This document shows, piece by piece, positions 1-7,421 of a DNA stretch of 44,063 nt (positions within the stretch are counted from its first letter, which is position 1; the number at the start of each line of letters is the position of its first letter). Under the pieces are notes generated by a model, which saw nothing but the letters and a program-made list of their open reading frames with translations, was not told the origin of the DNA and did no database searches. Source of the stretch: Patescibacteria group bacterium (GTDB lineage: Bacteria; Patescibacteriota; Minisyncoccia; UBA6257; JACRHW01); the NCBI GenBank assembly GCA_028865725.1, contig JAGWJP010000005.1, positions 1 to 44,063 on the forward strand. The letters run 5' to 3'. Made by a program: the position numbers and the translations under genes.

Positions 1-85
1 CTTGGGCAACCGTTACGCCATCGTTTTTGATGCGATTAATGATCTGCTCCTTCACGTCAGGAGCCACACGATGTTGTTTTGCCAT
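1..85 (-). CDS. IS3-family transposase OrfA N-terminus (partial)
   Basis: Manual translation MAKQHRVAPDVKEQIINRIKNDGVTVAQ resembles the HTH start of IS3 OrfA. Confidence 0.7.
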   Translation of the reverse strand, partial: MAKQHRVAPDVKEQIINRIKNDGVTVAQ

Positions 86-148
86 GATTGCATATATTAG
101 CACTACTAATTATGCAAGATCGGTGTATGAAATTCGGGGGGAGGGCCA
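1..148 (-). mobile_element. Left end of an IS3-family insertion sequence, running off the window
   Basis: Minus strand starts TGGCCCTCCCCCCGAATTTCATACACC at 148, a TG-initiated IS3-like terminal repeat, followed by an OrfA-like start at 85. Confidence 0.65.
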
Positions 149-288
149 GGCAAGGGCCGCAATGGTTGAATGATTGCATCATTAGATGATTGAAACCAAG
201 TTAGTGGATTCCACCATGCGGCATGAACTGTAATCGGAGTAGCAAACGCAAGTATTAAACTCGGTAATAAAATCTTTACGTTTTTCAT
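149..288 (-). pseudogene. Secreted protein with signal peptide and AAWWNPLTWF motif, truncated by the IS
   Basis: MKNVKILLPSLILAFATPITVHA-AWWNPLTWF; the frame runs into the IS terminal repeat at 148 and stops at 106. Confidence 0.55.
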
Positions 289-478
289 ATCATTAGTTAT
301 ATCATGGGTATGATTATGCGCCAAATTGGATCTCATGATTTTTTTAGGCGGAAAATCTCTCCGTCCCCAGCGAAGAATTTACTGGCGATCTTAAGTTTTT
401 ATACTCTGACTCTATACTCCGGCGCGAAAACGCGGCGATCTTGCGCCGCGTTGGTGCCGTGCGGTAGTATATCCCTTC

Positions 479-673
479 ATGATGCAAGGAATAGGAGGTG
501 CGCTCAAGGCGCTTGCGGGCATTTGGGCGGAAATGTTCATGGCCGTCATTTCCGTTTTTCCGAAATTCATCAGGATATTCATCTGGGCCCTCTTGGCGCT
601 GTTCATATTGCCGTGCGTATTCGTGGCGGGTACCATTTATCCGGCCTGGGAGAAGTGGGGCCAAGACTTCTAG
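479..673 (+). CDS. Small membrane protein
   Basis: 64 aa hydrophobic ORF immediately upstream of zwf. Confidence 0.6.
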   Translation: MMQGIGGALKALAGIWAEMFMAVISVFPKFIRIFIWALLALFILPCVFVAGTIYPAWEKWGQDF

Positions 674-690
674 CGTGCTAGACTACGGGC

Positions 691-2130
691 ATGACCGAGG
701 CAAACCAAGACAAGGCCTTGCACCCGACCATATTTGTCGTATTCGGAATCACGGGCGATTTGGCCGCCAGGAAGCTGTTGCCGGCCCTTCTCGGCCTGTT
801 TGCCAAGAAGCTCTTGCCCGCGCGCTGGTGCGTCATCGGTTTTTCCAGGCGTTCCCTCGGCCGCGAGGAATTCCGAGAGCTTGTCCGCGGCCGCCTCAAC
901 ATCCGGCCCGGCCAGTTCAAGGAGGAGGACGTCAAGCACTTTCTGGACCACGTATCGTACGAGCAGGGAAAGCTCGACGAGCTATCGTCCTATGAGAGGC
1001 TGGCCGGGCGCATAAAGGAGCAAGACAGCCGGTGGGGCCAGTGTTCCAATAAGCTTTATCACCTGTCCGTGCCGCCGGCGCTGTATGAGGGCATATTGCG
1101 CAATCTGGCTTCTTCTGGCCTGTCGAAGCCGTGTGCCGACGAAACCGGCTGGACGCGCGTACTCATAGAGAAGCCTTTCGGCAACGACATAGGCCATGCC
1201 GAGGCCCTGGACAAGCTTTTGGGCAAATTGTTCAAAGAGGAGCAGATATTCCGCATAGACCATTACTTGGCCAAGGAAACCTTGCAGAACATCCTGGCTT
1301 TCCGTTTTCACAATTACCTGTTCGAGCCTATTTGGAACAGACGCTTCGTGGACAAGGTGCACGTCAAGCTATTTGAGCAGAACGGCGTCCTGGATCGGGG
1401 GGATACCTATGATGCCGTGGGAGCCCTGAAGGACGTTGGCCAGAATCACATGCTGATGATGCTGTCGGCCGTGGCCATGGACGAGCCCAATGGTTATTCG
1501 GCCCCGTCCATAAGGCGTGAACGGGCCAAAGTACTGGCCAGGCTCCGCCAGGCCCCGTCCCGCTCTGCGGGAAAATGCAATGCGCGCGGCCAATATTCAG
1601 GCTACAAATCGGAAGCCGGAGTAATGCCTGATTCTGGCACGGAAACCTATTTTCGCCTCAAAGCCGCGATCAGCTCGTCCCGCTGGAAAGGGGTGCCGTT
1701 CTATCTGGAGAGCGGCAAGGCCATGGCCGAAAGCCGCACGGAGATAGACGTCTATTTCAAGAACGCGAATGGCAGGATGAGGGGCCGGAATGCGGGAAAT
1801 AACGCCGTGGACAATCAAAACATCCTGACTTTCAAAATACAGCCGAACGAGGGCATAAAGATAAAATTCTTCGTCAAAACGCCAGGCGAAGGCTTCAGGG
1901 TGGAGTCTAAAACCTTGAAATTCCGCTATTCGGACGTGCCGACGGACCACTGGCAGAACCTGCCGAACGACTATGAGAGGCTTATCAGGGACGCTTTCTT
2001 GGGAGACCAGACTCTTTTCGCGTCGACGGATGAGATTATGGCTTCATGGAGATTTATCACCGCCGTCCTGCGCGATTGGACGAAGCTGCCGCTCGTGGAG
2101 TATCCGCGCGGGGCGAAGGAAGTCGGTTGA
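691..2130 (+). CDS. zwf: Glucose-6-phosphate 1-dehydrogenase
   Basis: GITGDLA nucleotide-binding motif, EKPFG, RIDHYLAKE signature, DVGQNH, RWKGVPFYLESGK. Confidence 0.97.
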   Translation: MTEANQDKALHPTIFVVFGITGDLAARKLLPALLGLFAKKLLPARWCVIGFSRRSLGREEFRELVRGRLNIRPGQFKEEDVKHFLDHVSYEQGKLDELSSYERLAGRIKEQDSRWGQCSNKLYHLSVPPALYEGILRNLASSGLSKPCADETGWTRVLIEKPFGNDIGHAEALDKLLGKLFKEEQIFRIDHYLAKETLQNILAFRFHNYLFEPIWNRRFVDKVHVKLFEQNGVLDRGDTYDAVGALKDVGQNHMLMMLSAVAMDEPNGYSAPSIRRERAKVLARLRQAPSRSAGKCNARGQYSGYKSEAGVMPDSGTETYFRLKAAISSSRWKGVPFYLESGKAMAESRTEIDVYFKNANGRMRGRNAGNNAVDNQNILTFKIQPNEGIKIKFFVKTPGEGFRVESKTLKFRYSDVPTDHWQNLPNDYERLIRDAFLGDQTLFASTDEIMASWRFITAVLRDWTKLPLVEYPRGAKEVG

Positions 2131-2198
2131 GGGCCGGCATTATAAAGCGAGAGACCGATTAACGGGGAGCCGTTGTAAGAACAATTCAGTTCGATTCG

Positions 2199-2227
2199 TT
2201 GACAAAACAGCTATAAATATGTACTCT
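2199..2227 (+). promoter_or_regulatory. Sigma70-like promoter
   Basis: TTGACA-17 nt-TACTCT. Confidence 0.5.
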
Positions 2228-2336
2228 AGTTAACAGACCTAACGGGTCAAAATTTGAACCTCAAAAACCAATAGTTCCTTAACAGGGACGGAAAGGAAAT
2301 ACGAAAACGCAAATTAAGTCTATATCATCTGCCATT

Positions 2337-3551
2337 GTGTCCATTGTATGCTGCATTGTGTCCTTGGCTTGGGTCAGCAAGGTCAGTGCTCAAGTTACCC
2401 TGAACATTAACCGGATTCCTTGTGATGTCATCTCATTCCAGGGGGTTGCGGGTACTGAGTACACAATCCAGACCTCGACCGACTTGGCCAGTACTAATTG
2501 GAACAATCTAGGCATTGTCATCGCCACGGGAAGTGGTTTCTGCAGTTATACCAATTTTCCGACGAGCACGCAGTTGTTCTATCGGGGGATGTCGGTATCA
2601 GCTGGTAGTACGAGCAATGCTGCAGTTGAAATCACACTAGACGCGGCGAGCCCATTATCCCAGACGGTGGCAGTCACCGATCTTCTGGGCGGTACTTATC
2701 TCGGTCTCCCGGTCTTAGTTTTCGATGTCATTGCACAGTCTGCCAACCTCCACCTCGGCATGATAAAAGTCAACCTGACAGGGAGTGGTAATGGGGATTT
2801 GACCGCTGCTTATCTCTATCAAGGAACAAACCTGGTTGCCTCGACATCGGTAAGTAGTGGGACAGCAATGTTCACTATTCCTGACGGCACTCCTGGTGCC
2901 AACGTCCCTGGCTTTGCAAATGTCCCATACACGGTCAAGGTGGATGTAGCTGGAGTTGCAACAGGAACGGAAAATGTTGTTGCTTCTCTAAGCACAAATC
3001 AGGTCATATACAACCCTTCCGATAGAAGCGTGGCGGTCTATGGATCAGCATCAGGTAACAATATAACTGTTGCTGGAGTAGGACCCGTGTTCGCATTAAC
3101 TTCCGCGCCAACCATCGGGAAGGTTGTGACTACTGACCAATATGGCAATGCGACTGATACGTATACGGCGACATTCAACTTGCAAATCACCGCTGTAGGC
3201 GTTGACCTTACGCTTGGGCTTCCAAATTCTTCATACCCAGCATTTGGTAGCTCGTCTAATTCGACAAATGTTGTGGTGTACCAGAATGGCGCCCTGTCAC
3301 CACAAACATATGTAATGGTCGCATCGTATTCGCAGCCATCTGGCACGACTCTATTACCAGGTGGAAATTTCTTCAGTCTCACTGTAAATCATACCGTGAC
3401 CGTTCCCGTTACATATTCCTTCACTGTGAGGAATCCTGGTGCCAATGTGTATGCAGTACAAATGGAAAGCATCAATTGGATACTAGACGGGAATGACAAT
3501 GTATCAAACTTCATGGCTGATCAAACTTCATGGAGGACACCGGGCATCTAA
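2337..3551 (+). CDS. Secreted beta-rich surface/S-layer-like protein (true start possibly at 2301)
   Basis: Signal peptide ending KVSA-Q; T/S/V/G-rich beta-strand composition. Confidence 0.75.
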   Translation: MSIVCCIVSLAWVSKVSAQVTLNINRIPCDVISFQGVAGTEYTIQTSTDLASTNWNNLGIVIATGSGFCSYTNFPTSTQLFYRGMSVSAGSTSNAAVEITLDAASPLSQTVAVTDLLGGTYLGLPVLVFDVIAQSANLHLGMIKVNLTGSGNGDLTAAYLYQGTNLVASTSVSSGTAMFTIPDGTPGANVPGFANVPYTVKVDVAGVATGTENVVASLSTNQVIYNPSDRSVAVYGSASGNNITVAGVGPVFALTSAPTIGKVVTTDQYGNATDTYTATFNLQITAVGVDLTLGLPNSSYPAFGSSSNSTNVVVYQNGALSPQTYVMVASYSQPSGTTLLPGGNFFSLTVNHTVTVPVTYSFTVRNPGANVYAVQMESINWILDGNDNVSNFMADQTSWRTPGI

Positions 3552-3570
3552 TGTCTGTTCTTCACAACGA

Positions 3571-3601
3571 CCTTGCATTAACACTGCAAGGCCTTTTATT
3601 T
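3571..3601 (+). terminator. Intrinsic terminator
   Basis: ccttgca-ttaacac-tgcaagg followed by a T-rich run. Confidence 0.6.
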
Positions 3602-3777
3602 AATTCAAAGGCGACTTTCGCCCCGCGAAACTCGTCGCCCTAGTAGCATAGTATAGGCGAATAAACTAGCTGAAACTTGAGTTTTGAGGCCAAACGCGGC
3701 ATAGTGGTGAATGTTATCGAGAAAGTAAGCGGCACAAGAGAAAGATTACAAGTCTATGGCTATATTACAATAAACCT

Positions 3778-4884
3778 ATGTCAAGCCGCTCCCTCTCCAT
3801 CGGAATCGTCGGCCTGCCGAATGTGGGCAAATCGACCCTTTTCAACGCTCTAACCAGGAAGAGCGTTCTGGTCGCGAATTATCCGTTTGCCACCATCGAT
3901 CCGTCGGTAGGCGTGGTGGCGTTGCCGGACGAGCGTCTCCGGAAACTGTCCGAGTTTTCTCATTCCCGAAAGACCGTGCCCGCGGCCGTCGAATTTGTCG
4001 ATATAGCCGGCCTGGTGAAGGGCGCTTCGCAGGGCCAGGGCCTGGGCAATAAATTCCTGGCCAATATCCGCGAGACGGACGCCATAGCCGAGGTAGTGCG
4101 CATTTTCGATGACGGCGGCATCATTCACGTGGACGGCCGAGTAGATCCGGTCAAGGATATCGAAGCGGTAAACCTGGAACTTATCATGGCCGATCTCGAA
4201 ACCGTGGACAAGCGTCTCGCCAGCGTCGCCAAGGACGCCAAGGCCGGCAAGAAGGAGGCCAGGATAGAGCAGGGCCTGCTGGAACGCCTGAAGCCGTCGC
4301 TGGAAGCGGGCAGGCCCGCTTCCAGCGTGACAGCCGATGAATTCGAGAGGCCGATGCTCAATCGGCTCTGTCTGCTCACCTCCAAGAGGATTCTTTATGT
4401 CCTGAATAAAAAGGCCGGGGGAGCCAATCTCGACGAGCTCAGAGACGGGCGCTGGGACAAGCTCATGGCCTTTATGAAGGAGAACGGCGCCTCATGGGTC
4501 GCGGTGGACGCCGGCTTAGAGCAAGAATTGAAGGACATGAACGACGCCGACAAGAGGGAAATGCGTTCCGGCCTCGGCGCCAAGGACGACGGCGTCGACG
4601 GCCTAATCCGGAAAAGCCATGACATGCTCGGCCTGATAACATTCTTCACGACCGGCGAAGACGAGACCCGCGGCTGGACTATTCACGACGGCTGGACGGC
4701 GCCCATGGCGGGTATGGCCATCCACACCGATTTCAAGGACAAATTCGTGCGAGCCGAAGTCATCAATTGGAAGACTCTGCTCGATGCCGGCTCATACGCC
4801 GCCGCCCGCGAAAAAGGTCTGATTCGCACCGAGGGCAAGGAATACGTGGTCAAGGACGGGGATGTAGTGGAGTTTAAGGTTTAG
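3778..4884 (+). CDS. ychF: Redox-regulated ATPase YchF (Obg family)
   Basis: [28 protein letters not shown]-terminal TGS domain ending [17 protein letters not shown]. Confidence 0.98.
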   Translation: MSSRSLSIGIVGLPNVGKSTLFNALTRKSVLVANYPFATIDPSVGVVALPDERLRKLSEFSHSRKTVPAAVEFVDIAGLVKGASQGQGLGNKFLANIRETDAIAEVVRIFDDGGIIHVDGRVDPVKDIEAVNLELIMADLETVDKRLASVAKDAKAGKKEARIEQGLLERLKPSLEAGRPASSVTADEFERPMLNRLCLLTSKRILYVLNKKAGGANLDELRDGRWDKLMAFMKENGASWVAVDAGLEQELKDMNDADKREMRSGLGAKDDGVDGLIRKSHDMLGLITFFTTGEDETRGWTIHDGWTAPMAGMAIHTDFKDKFVRAEVINWKTLLDAGSYAAAREKGLIRTEGKEYVVKDGDVVEFKV

Positions 4885-4885
4885 G
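4870..4885 (+). repeat. att core in the ychF 3' end
   Basis: GAGTTTAAGGTTTAGG is identical at 43658-43673. Confidence 0.75.
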
Positions 4886-4996
4886 GAAAGAAAAAGTCGA
4901 CCAACTTTCATTGATCGACCCTGATTTCACCTCTAGAAACCAGTAGGCGTAACCTCTTTCGAGGGATGATACCGTTAAAAGTATTGTATCAGAGTG

Positions 4997-5026
4997 GATG
5001 GTGGTCTCATAGAGTTTAAGGTCTAA
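4997..5026 (+). repeat. att-like junction copy 2
   Basis: gatggtggtctcatagagtttaaggtctaa matches 43643-43672 at 27/30 positions. Confidence 0.8.
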
Positions 5027-5058
5027 AAGAAAGTCCCGACGGATTGCTCCGCCGGGAC
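5024..5058 (-). terminator. Intrinsic terminator (GCAA loop)
   Basis: Minus strand gtcccggcgga-gcaa-tccgtcgggac-tttctttt. Confidence 0.7.
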
Positions 5059-5123
5059 AGGCCCTAACTAACATGTGGTTTAAGCGTTGTGCTTCATACC
5101 AGAATTAAGATTATCATACATCA

Positions 5124-5160
5124 TGAGAAGATGCTAGTCTCACAGAGTCTAAGATCTGAG
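5124..5160 (+). repeat. att-like junction copy 3 (degenerate)
   Basis: tgagaagatgctagtctcacagagtctaagatctgag aligns without gaps to tgagaagatggaggtctcatagagtttaaggtttagg at 43637. Confidence 0.7.
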
Positions 5161-5161
5161 C

Positions 5162-5348
5162 AACAAAAAGAAAGAGCGTAAGAAGGTGTTACGCCCTTGA
5201 AACCGCGGAACGAACGCTTTGCGGGTTTCAACACAAAGCGACTAACGCGTCAGAGGGTCTGGAAGGACTGAACCTCCGCCTAGCTTGAACTCGTGCTCAA
5301 CACGACCTCCGTCTTCTGATCCAGATCCTTCGAACCAGAGAACTATCT
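5162..5348 (-). ncRNA. Candidate ~185 nt structured non-coding RNA
   Basis: Promoter TTGACA(5383-5378)-17-TATCTT(5360-5355), internal stems, terminator gggcgtaa...ttacgctc-tttcttttt; no substantial ORF. Confidence 0.45.
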
Positions 5349-5400
5349 AGCTTGAAGATACACGGATCGGGAATATTTGTCAAGTCTGGATGGAGTAAGT

Positions 5401-5833
5401 TCAACAAGTAAGTGCAACACCCCAGACTTCTAATGGTGTCCGCCAATTGAGCCGTTTTCTCGGTCGAGAATTGATTTCGGCTTCAACTTTGCGGATCGTC
5501 TCATCAGGTATCATATCGAAGTCCGTCTTCTTGGGGAAGTAATCCCGTATGAGGCCGTTGGTGTTCTCGTTGGTGCCTCATTCCCAGGAATGATACGGGT
5601 GGGCGAAGTAACACTTGGTACCGGTTAGCTTTTCAATCTTCTGCCAATCACTGTTCTCAGAACCATTGTCGAGGGTAACTGTCTGCTTCAGTTCATTCGG
5701 TACATCCTTGAACCTGCATGCCATCGCTCCGACTGTCGCAGCGGAAGTCTTTCCCTTGAGCTTGGTCATCATGAGAAGTCCGGTCTTCCTTTCGGTGAGG
5801 GTATTCAATCCGGGCTTGTGATCTTTTGACTCT
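5401..5833 (-). pseudogene. IS30-family transposase C-terminal remnant with internal stop
   Basis: TLDNGSEN, YFAHPYHSWE*GTNENTNGLIR, NSRPRKRLNWRTP; TGA at 5580-5578 where Arg is expected; IS30-like end GGTGTTGCACTT; 5' part deleted. Confidence 0.9.
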
Positions 5834-5834
5834 G

Positions 5835-5996
5835 ATGTTTCAGATCATGGATGCGCCGGATCCAGTGCTCATGAGTGCCTACAAGTTTGGCGGTCTCTTG
5901 AGTAGCATCGTCGCGATACTCACCACTCCGTTTCTCTGGCGTTTTTACAAACGTCACAAGCGATCAATTTCGCTTGATGATTTCAGTCCCTTCTGA
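5835..5996 (+). pseudogene. Short ORF or C-terminal remnant of a membrane protein
   Basis: MFQIMDAPDPVLMSAYKFGGLLSSIVAILTTPFLWRFYKRHKR... abuts the IS30 deletion point and is followed by a terminator. Confidence 0.4.
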
Positions 5997-6020
5997 ATTC
6001 GTCCGCAGCGAAGCATTCAG

Positions 6021-6052
6021 AGCCAGCATCGGAAACGATCGCTGGCTTTTTT
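6021..6052 (+). terminator. Intrinsic terminator
   Basis: agccagc-atcggaaacgat-c-gctggct-tttttt. Confidence 0.75.
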
Positions 6053-6093
6053 ATGATATAATTCGAACACCACACCTAAACGGCACCGAGTAC

Positions 6094-6141
6094 AAGGAAT
6101 ACGTGGTCAAGGATGGGGATGTGGTGGAGTCTAAAATATAG
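6094..6141 (+). repeat. Displaced duplicate of the ychF 3' end (att scar)
   Basis: caaggaatacgtggtcaaggatggggatgtggtggagtctaaaatatag ([15 protein letters not shown]) versus 4836-4884 ([15 protein letters not shown]). Confidence 0.9.
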
Positions 6142-6286
6142 CGACCCCATCTTCTAGGGCAAAAAGTCAAAAACGACCCTAAAAACAACAAAATAATTTC
6201 AAGAAAATGCTCGGCAAAAACCGGGCATTTTTCATTGCCTGGACTCGTCTGCAAAGGTCGAAATTTATCAGCCAAAAAACGGAACT

Positions 6287-6649
6287 ATGAATTCAAAATC
6301 CAAGTTCGTGCCGGCATCAAACCGCGACACCATGCATTCCGGATTCCACGCATATCTGCATGCCTCCTACCAGGAGCTTGTGGATAAGTTGGGGATTCCT
6401 CATGACCGCACCAAAGAGGATGACTGGCGGTCCGGAGATGACAAGGTTCGAGTCGAATGGGCCTTCAAGTCAACAAACAAGAAGCGCCCAATGGTACTCA
6501 CTATCTACGACTACAAGGAATCTCGGCCGATCAATGAGGTTAACCAATGGCATGTCGGCCTGAAAGGCGACGCGCACCAGGTAGACCAGTTGTTCAGGGA
6601 AAAAGGACTCTATCCTGAAGCCCTAGAGATTCATAAAAAGTACCGTTAA
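6287..6649 (+). CDS. Phage hypothetical protein
   Basis: 120 aa; SYQELVDKLG.P, DKVRVEW, TIYDYK, WHVG pattern resembles a recurrent small phage protein family. Confidence 0.7.
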   Translation: MNSKSKFVPASNRDTMHSGFHAYLHASYQELVDKLGIPHDRTKEDDWRSGDDKVRVEWAFKSTNKKRPMVLTIYDYKESRPINEVNQWHVGLKGDAHQVDQLFREKGLYPEALEIHKKYR

Positions 6650-6657
6650 CAAATAAT

Positions 6658-6707
6658 CATTGTCCCGAAAGGGATCGGTCCATGTACAGGACCAGATGCT
6701 AGCAATG
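6658..6707 (+). ncRNA. Three-way-junction RNA motif, copy 1 (sequesters the next ATG)
   Basis: cattg-tccc GAAA ggga-tc-ggtcc atgtaca ggacc-a-gatgctag-caatg; same frame at 41716-41763. Confidence 0.65.
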
Positions 6708-7001
6708 AAAACAAAAACCAAAAACACCCGCGCCATAACCTACCGGAGATACGGCATACCAGCCTTGATTCTCGAAGGTAAATGGCTCACAGAAAAATAT
6801 CACCTCTCCATCGGAGACGTGGTCGACATCGATTATCAGCCTAAAGAGATCCGCTTCAAAAAGAATAACCTTCTTAGTCAGGAAAGACAGCAAAAGCTCA
6901 AGGAGAAGAAGGAAATGAAGCGACAACGAATATATGGACACACCGAAGCAAGCTCGAATGAGAACACTGGCGAGAGAAGCCAAGAAATTGGTGGAGAGTA
7001 A
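6705..7001 (+). CDS. SymE/AbrB-fold protein with basic C-terminal tail
   Basis: IPALILEGKWL...LSIGDVVDI resembles the SymE-family core; ATG 6705 is preferred over the track start at 6660, which lies in the RNA motif. Confidence 0.65.
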   Translation: MKTKTKNTRAITYRRYGIPALILEGKWLTEKYHLSIGDVVDIDYQPKEIRFKKNNLLSQERQQKLKEKKEMKRQRIYGHTEASSNENTGERSQEIGGE

Positions 7002-7233
7002 AGCTCCAATACTCGTAGATGAACAGGTCCTGCCGCACATGCTCGATGAGGTCGCGGAATTCACCGGCGACATCATGGGCAAGCTAACCCACTTAGATGC
7101 GGAGGATGACAAAGCCATCACTATGGCCCACGGAATCATCTATGACGGCCTTCTCAACGAAGTAATCAACCAGGTCAGAAAAACCATGCTGGACGCAGCA
7201 GGTAAAAGAATAAAGAAATTATCAGCAAAATAA
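6934..7233 (+). CDS. Hypothetical protein
   Basis: 99 aa ORF co-oriented with its neighbours, overlapping the previous gene. Confidence 0.65.
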   Translation: MDTPKQARMRTLAREAKKLVESKAPILVDEQVLPHMLDEVAEFTGDIMGKLTHLDAEDDKAITMAHGIIYDGLLNEVINQVRKTMLDAAGKRIKKLSAK

Positions 7234-7421
7234 AATCTCCCCGCGAGGAGAGATCAGATCTTCAGACAATTTGATTCTCTCAAAAAACTTCCGGGAAGTC
7301 AAAGGTCAACCCATAACTTAAGTTTGGCCACTGACTCAGTCCTCATCGCAGTGGCGTGAGGCCTGAGATCAGAGGCCAAGCCGAAAGATTCGCCTAAGAG
7401 GCGCTTTCTTTCTTCATCAAC

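Noticed and set aside
1901-1912. TGGAGTCTAAAA in zwf matching the 6126-6137 att scar
   Set aside because: Short match inside an intact gene with none of the flanking att features.
5130-5137. GATGCTAG identical to the RNA-motif 8-mer
   Set aside because: It lies within a degenerate att copy (gatggagg in the other copy) and none of the rest of the motif is present; treated as probable coincidence.
4855-5160. Regularly spaced repeats as a CRISPR array
   Set aside because: Only three degenerate copies, ~100 bp intervening segments, derived from ychF, and no cas genes.
5578-5580. In-frame TGA in the IS30 transposase as a sign of genetic code 25 or 4
   Set aside because: The position needs Arg (WERG), not Gly or Trp, and zwf, purD, purM and purN end at TGA where expected; this is an ordinary nonsense mutation.
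6379-6387. Isolated perfect DnaA boxes at 6379 and 28550
   Set aside because: Single copies without iterons or clustering; not enough to call an origin.
6660-6704. N-terminal extension MSRKGSVHVQDQMLA of the SymE-like ORF
   Set aside because: It is translated RNA-motif sequence that is also present in non-coding context at 41718.
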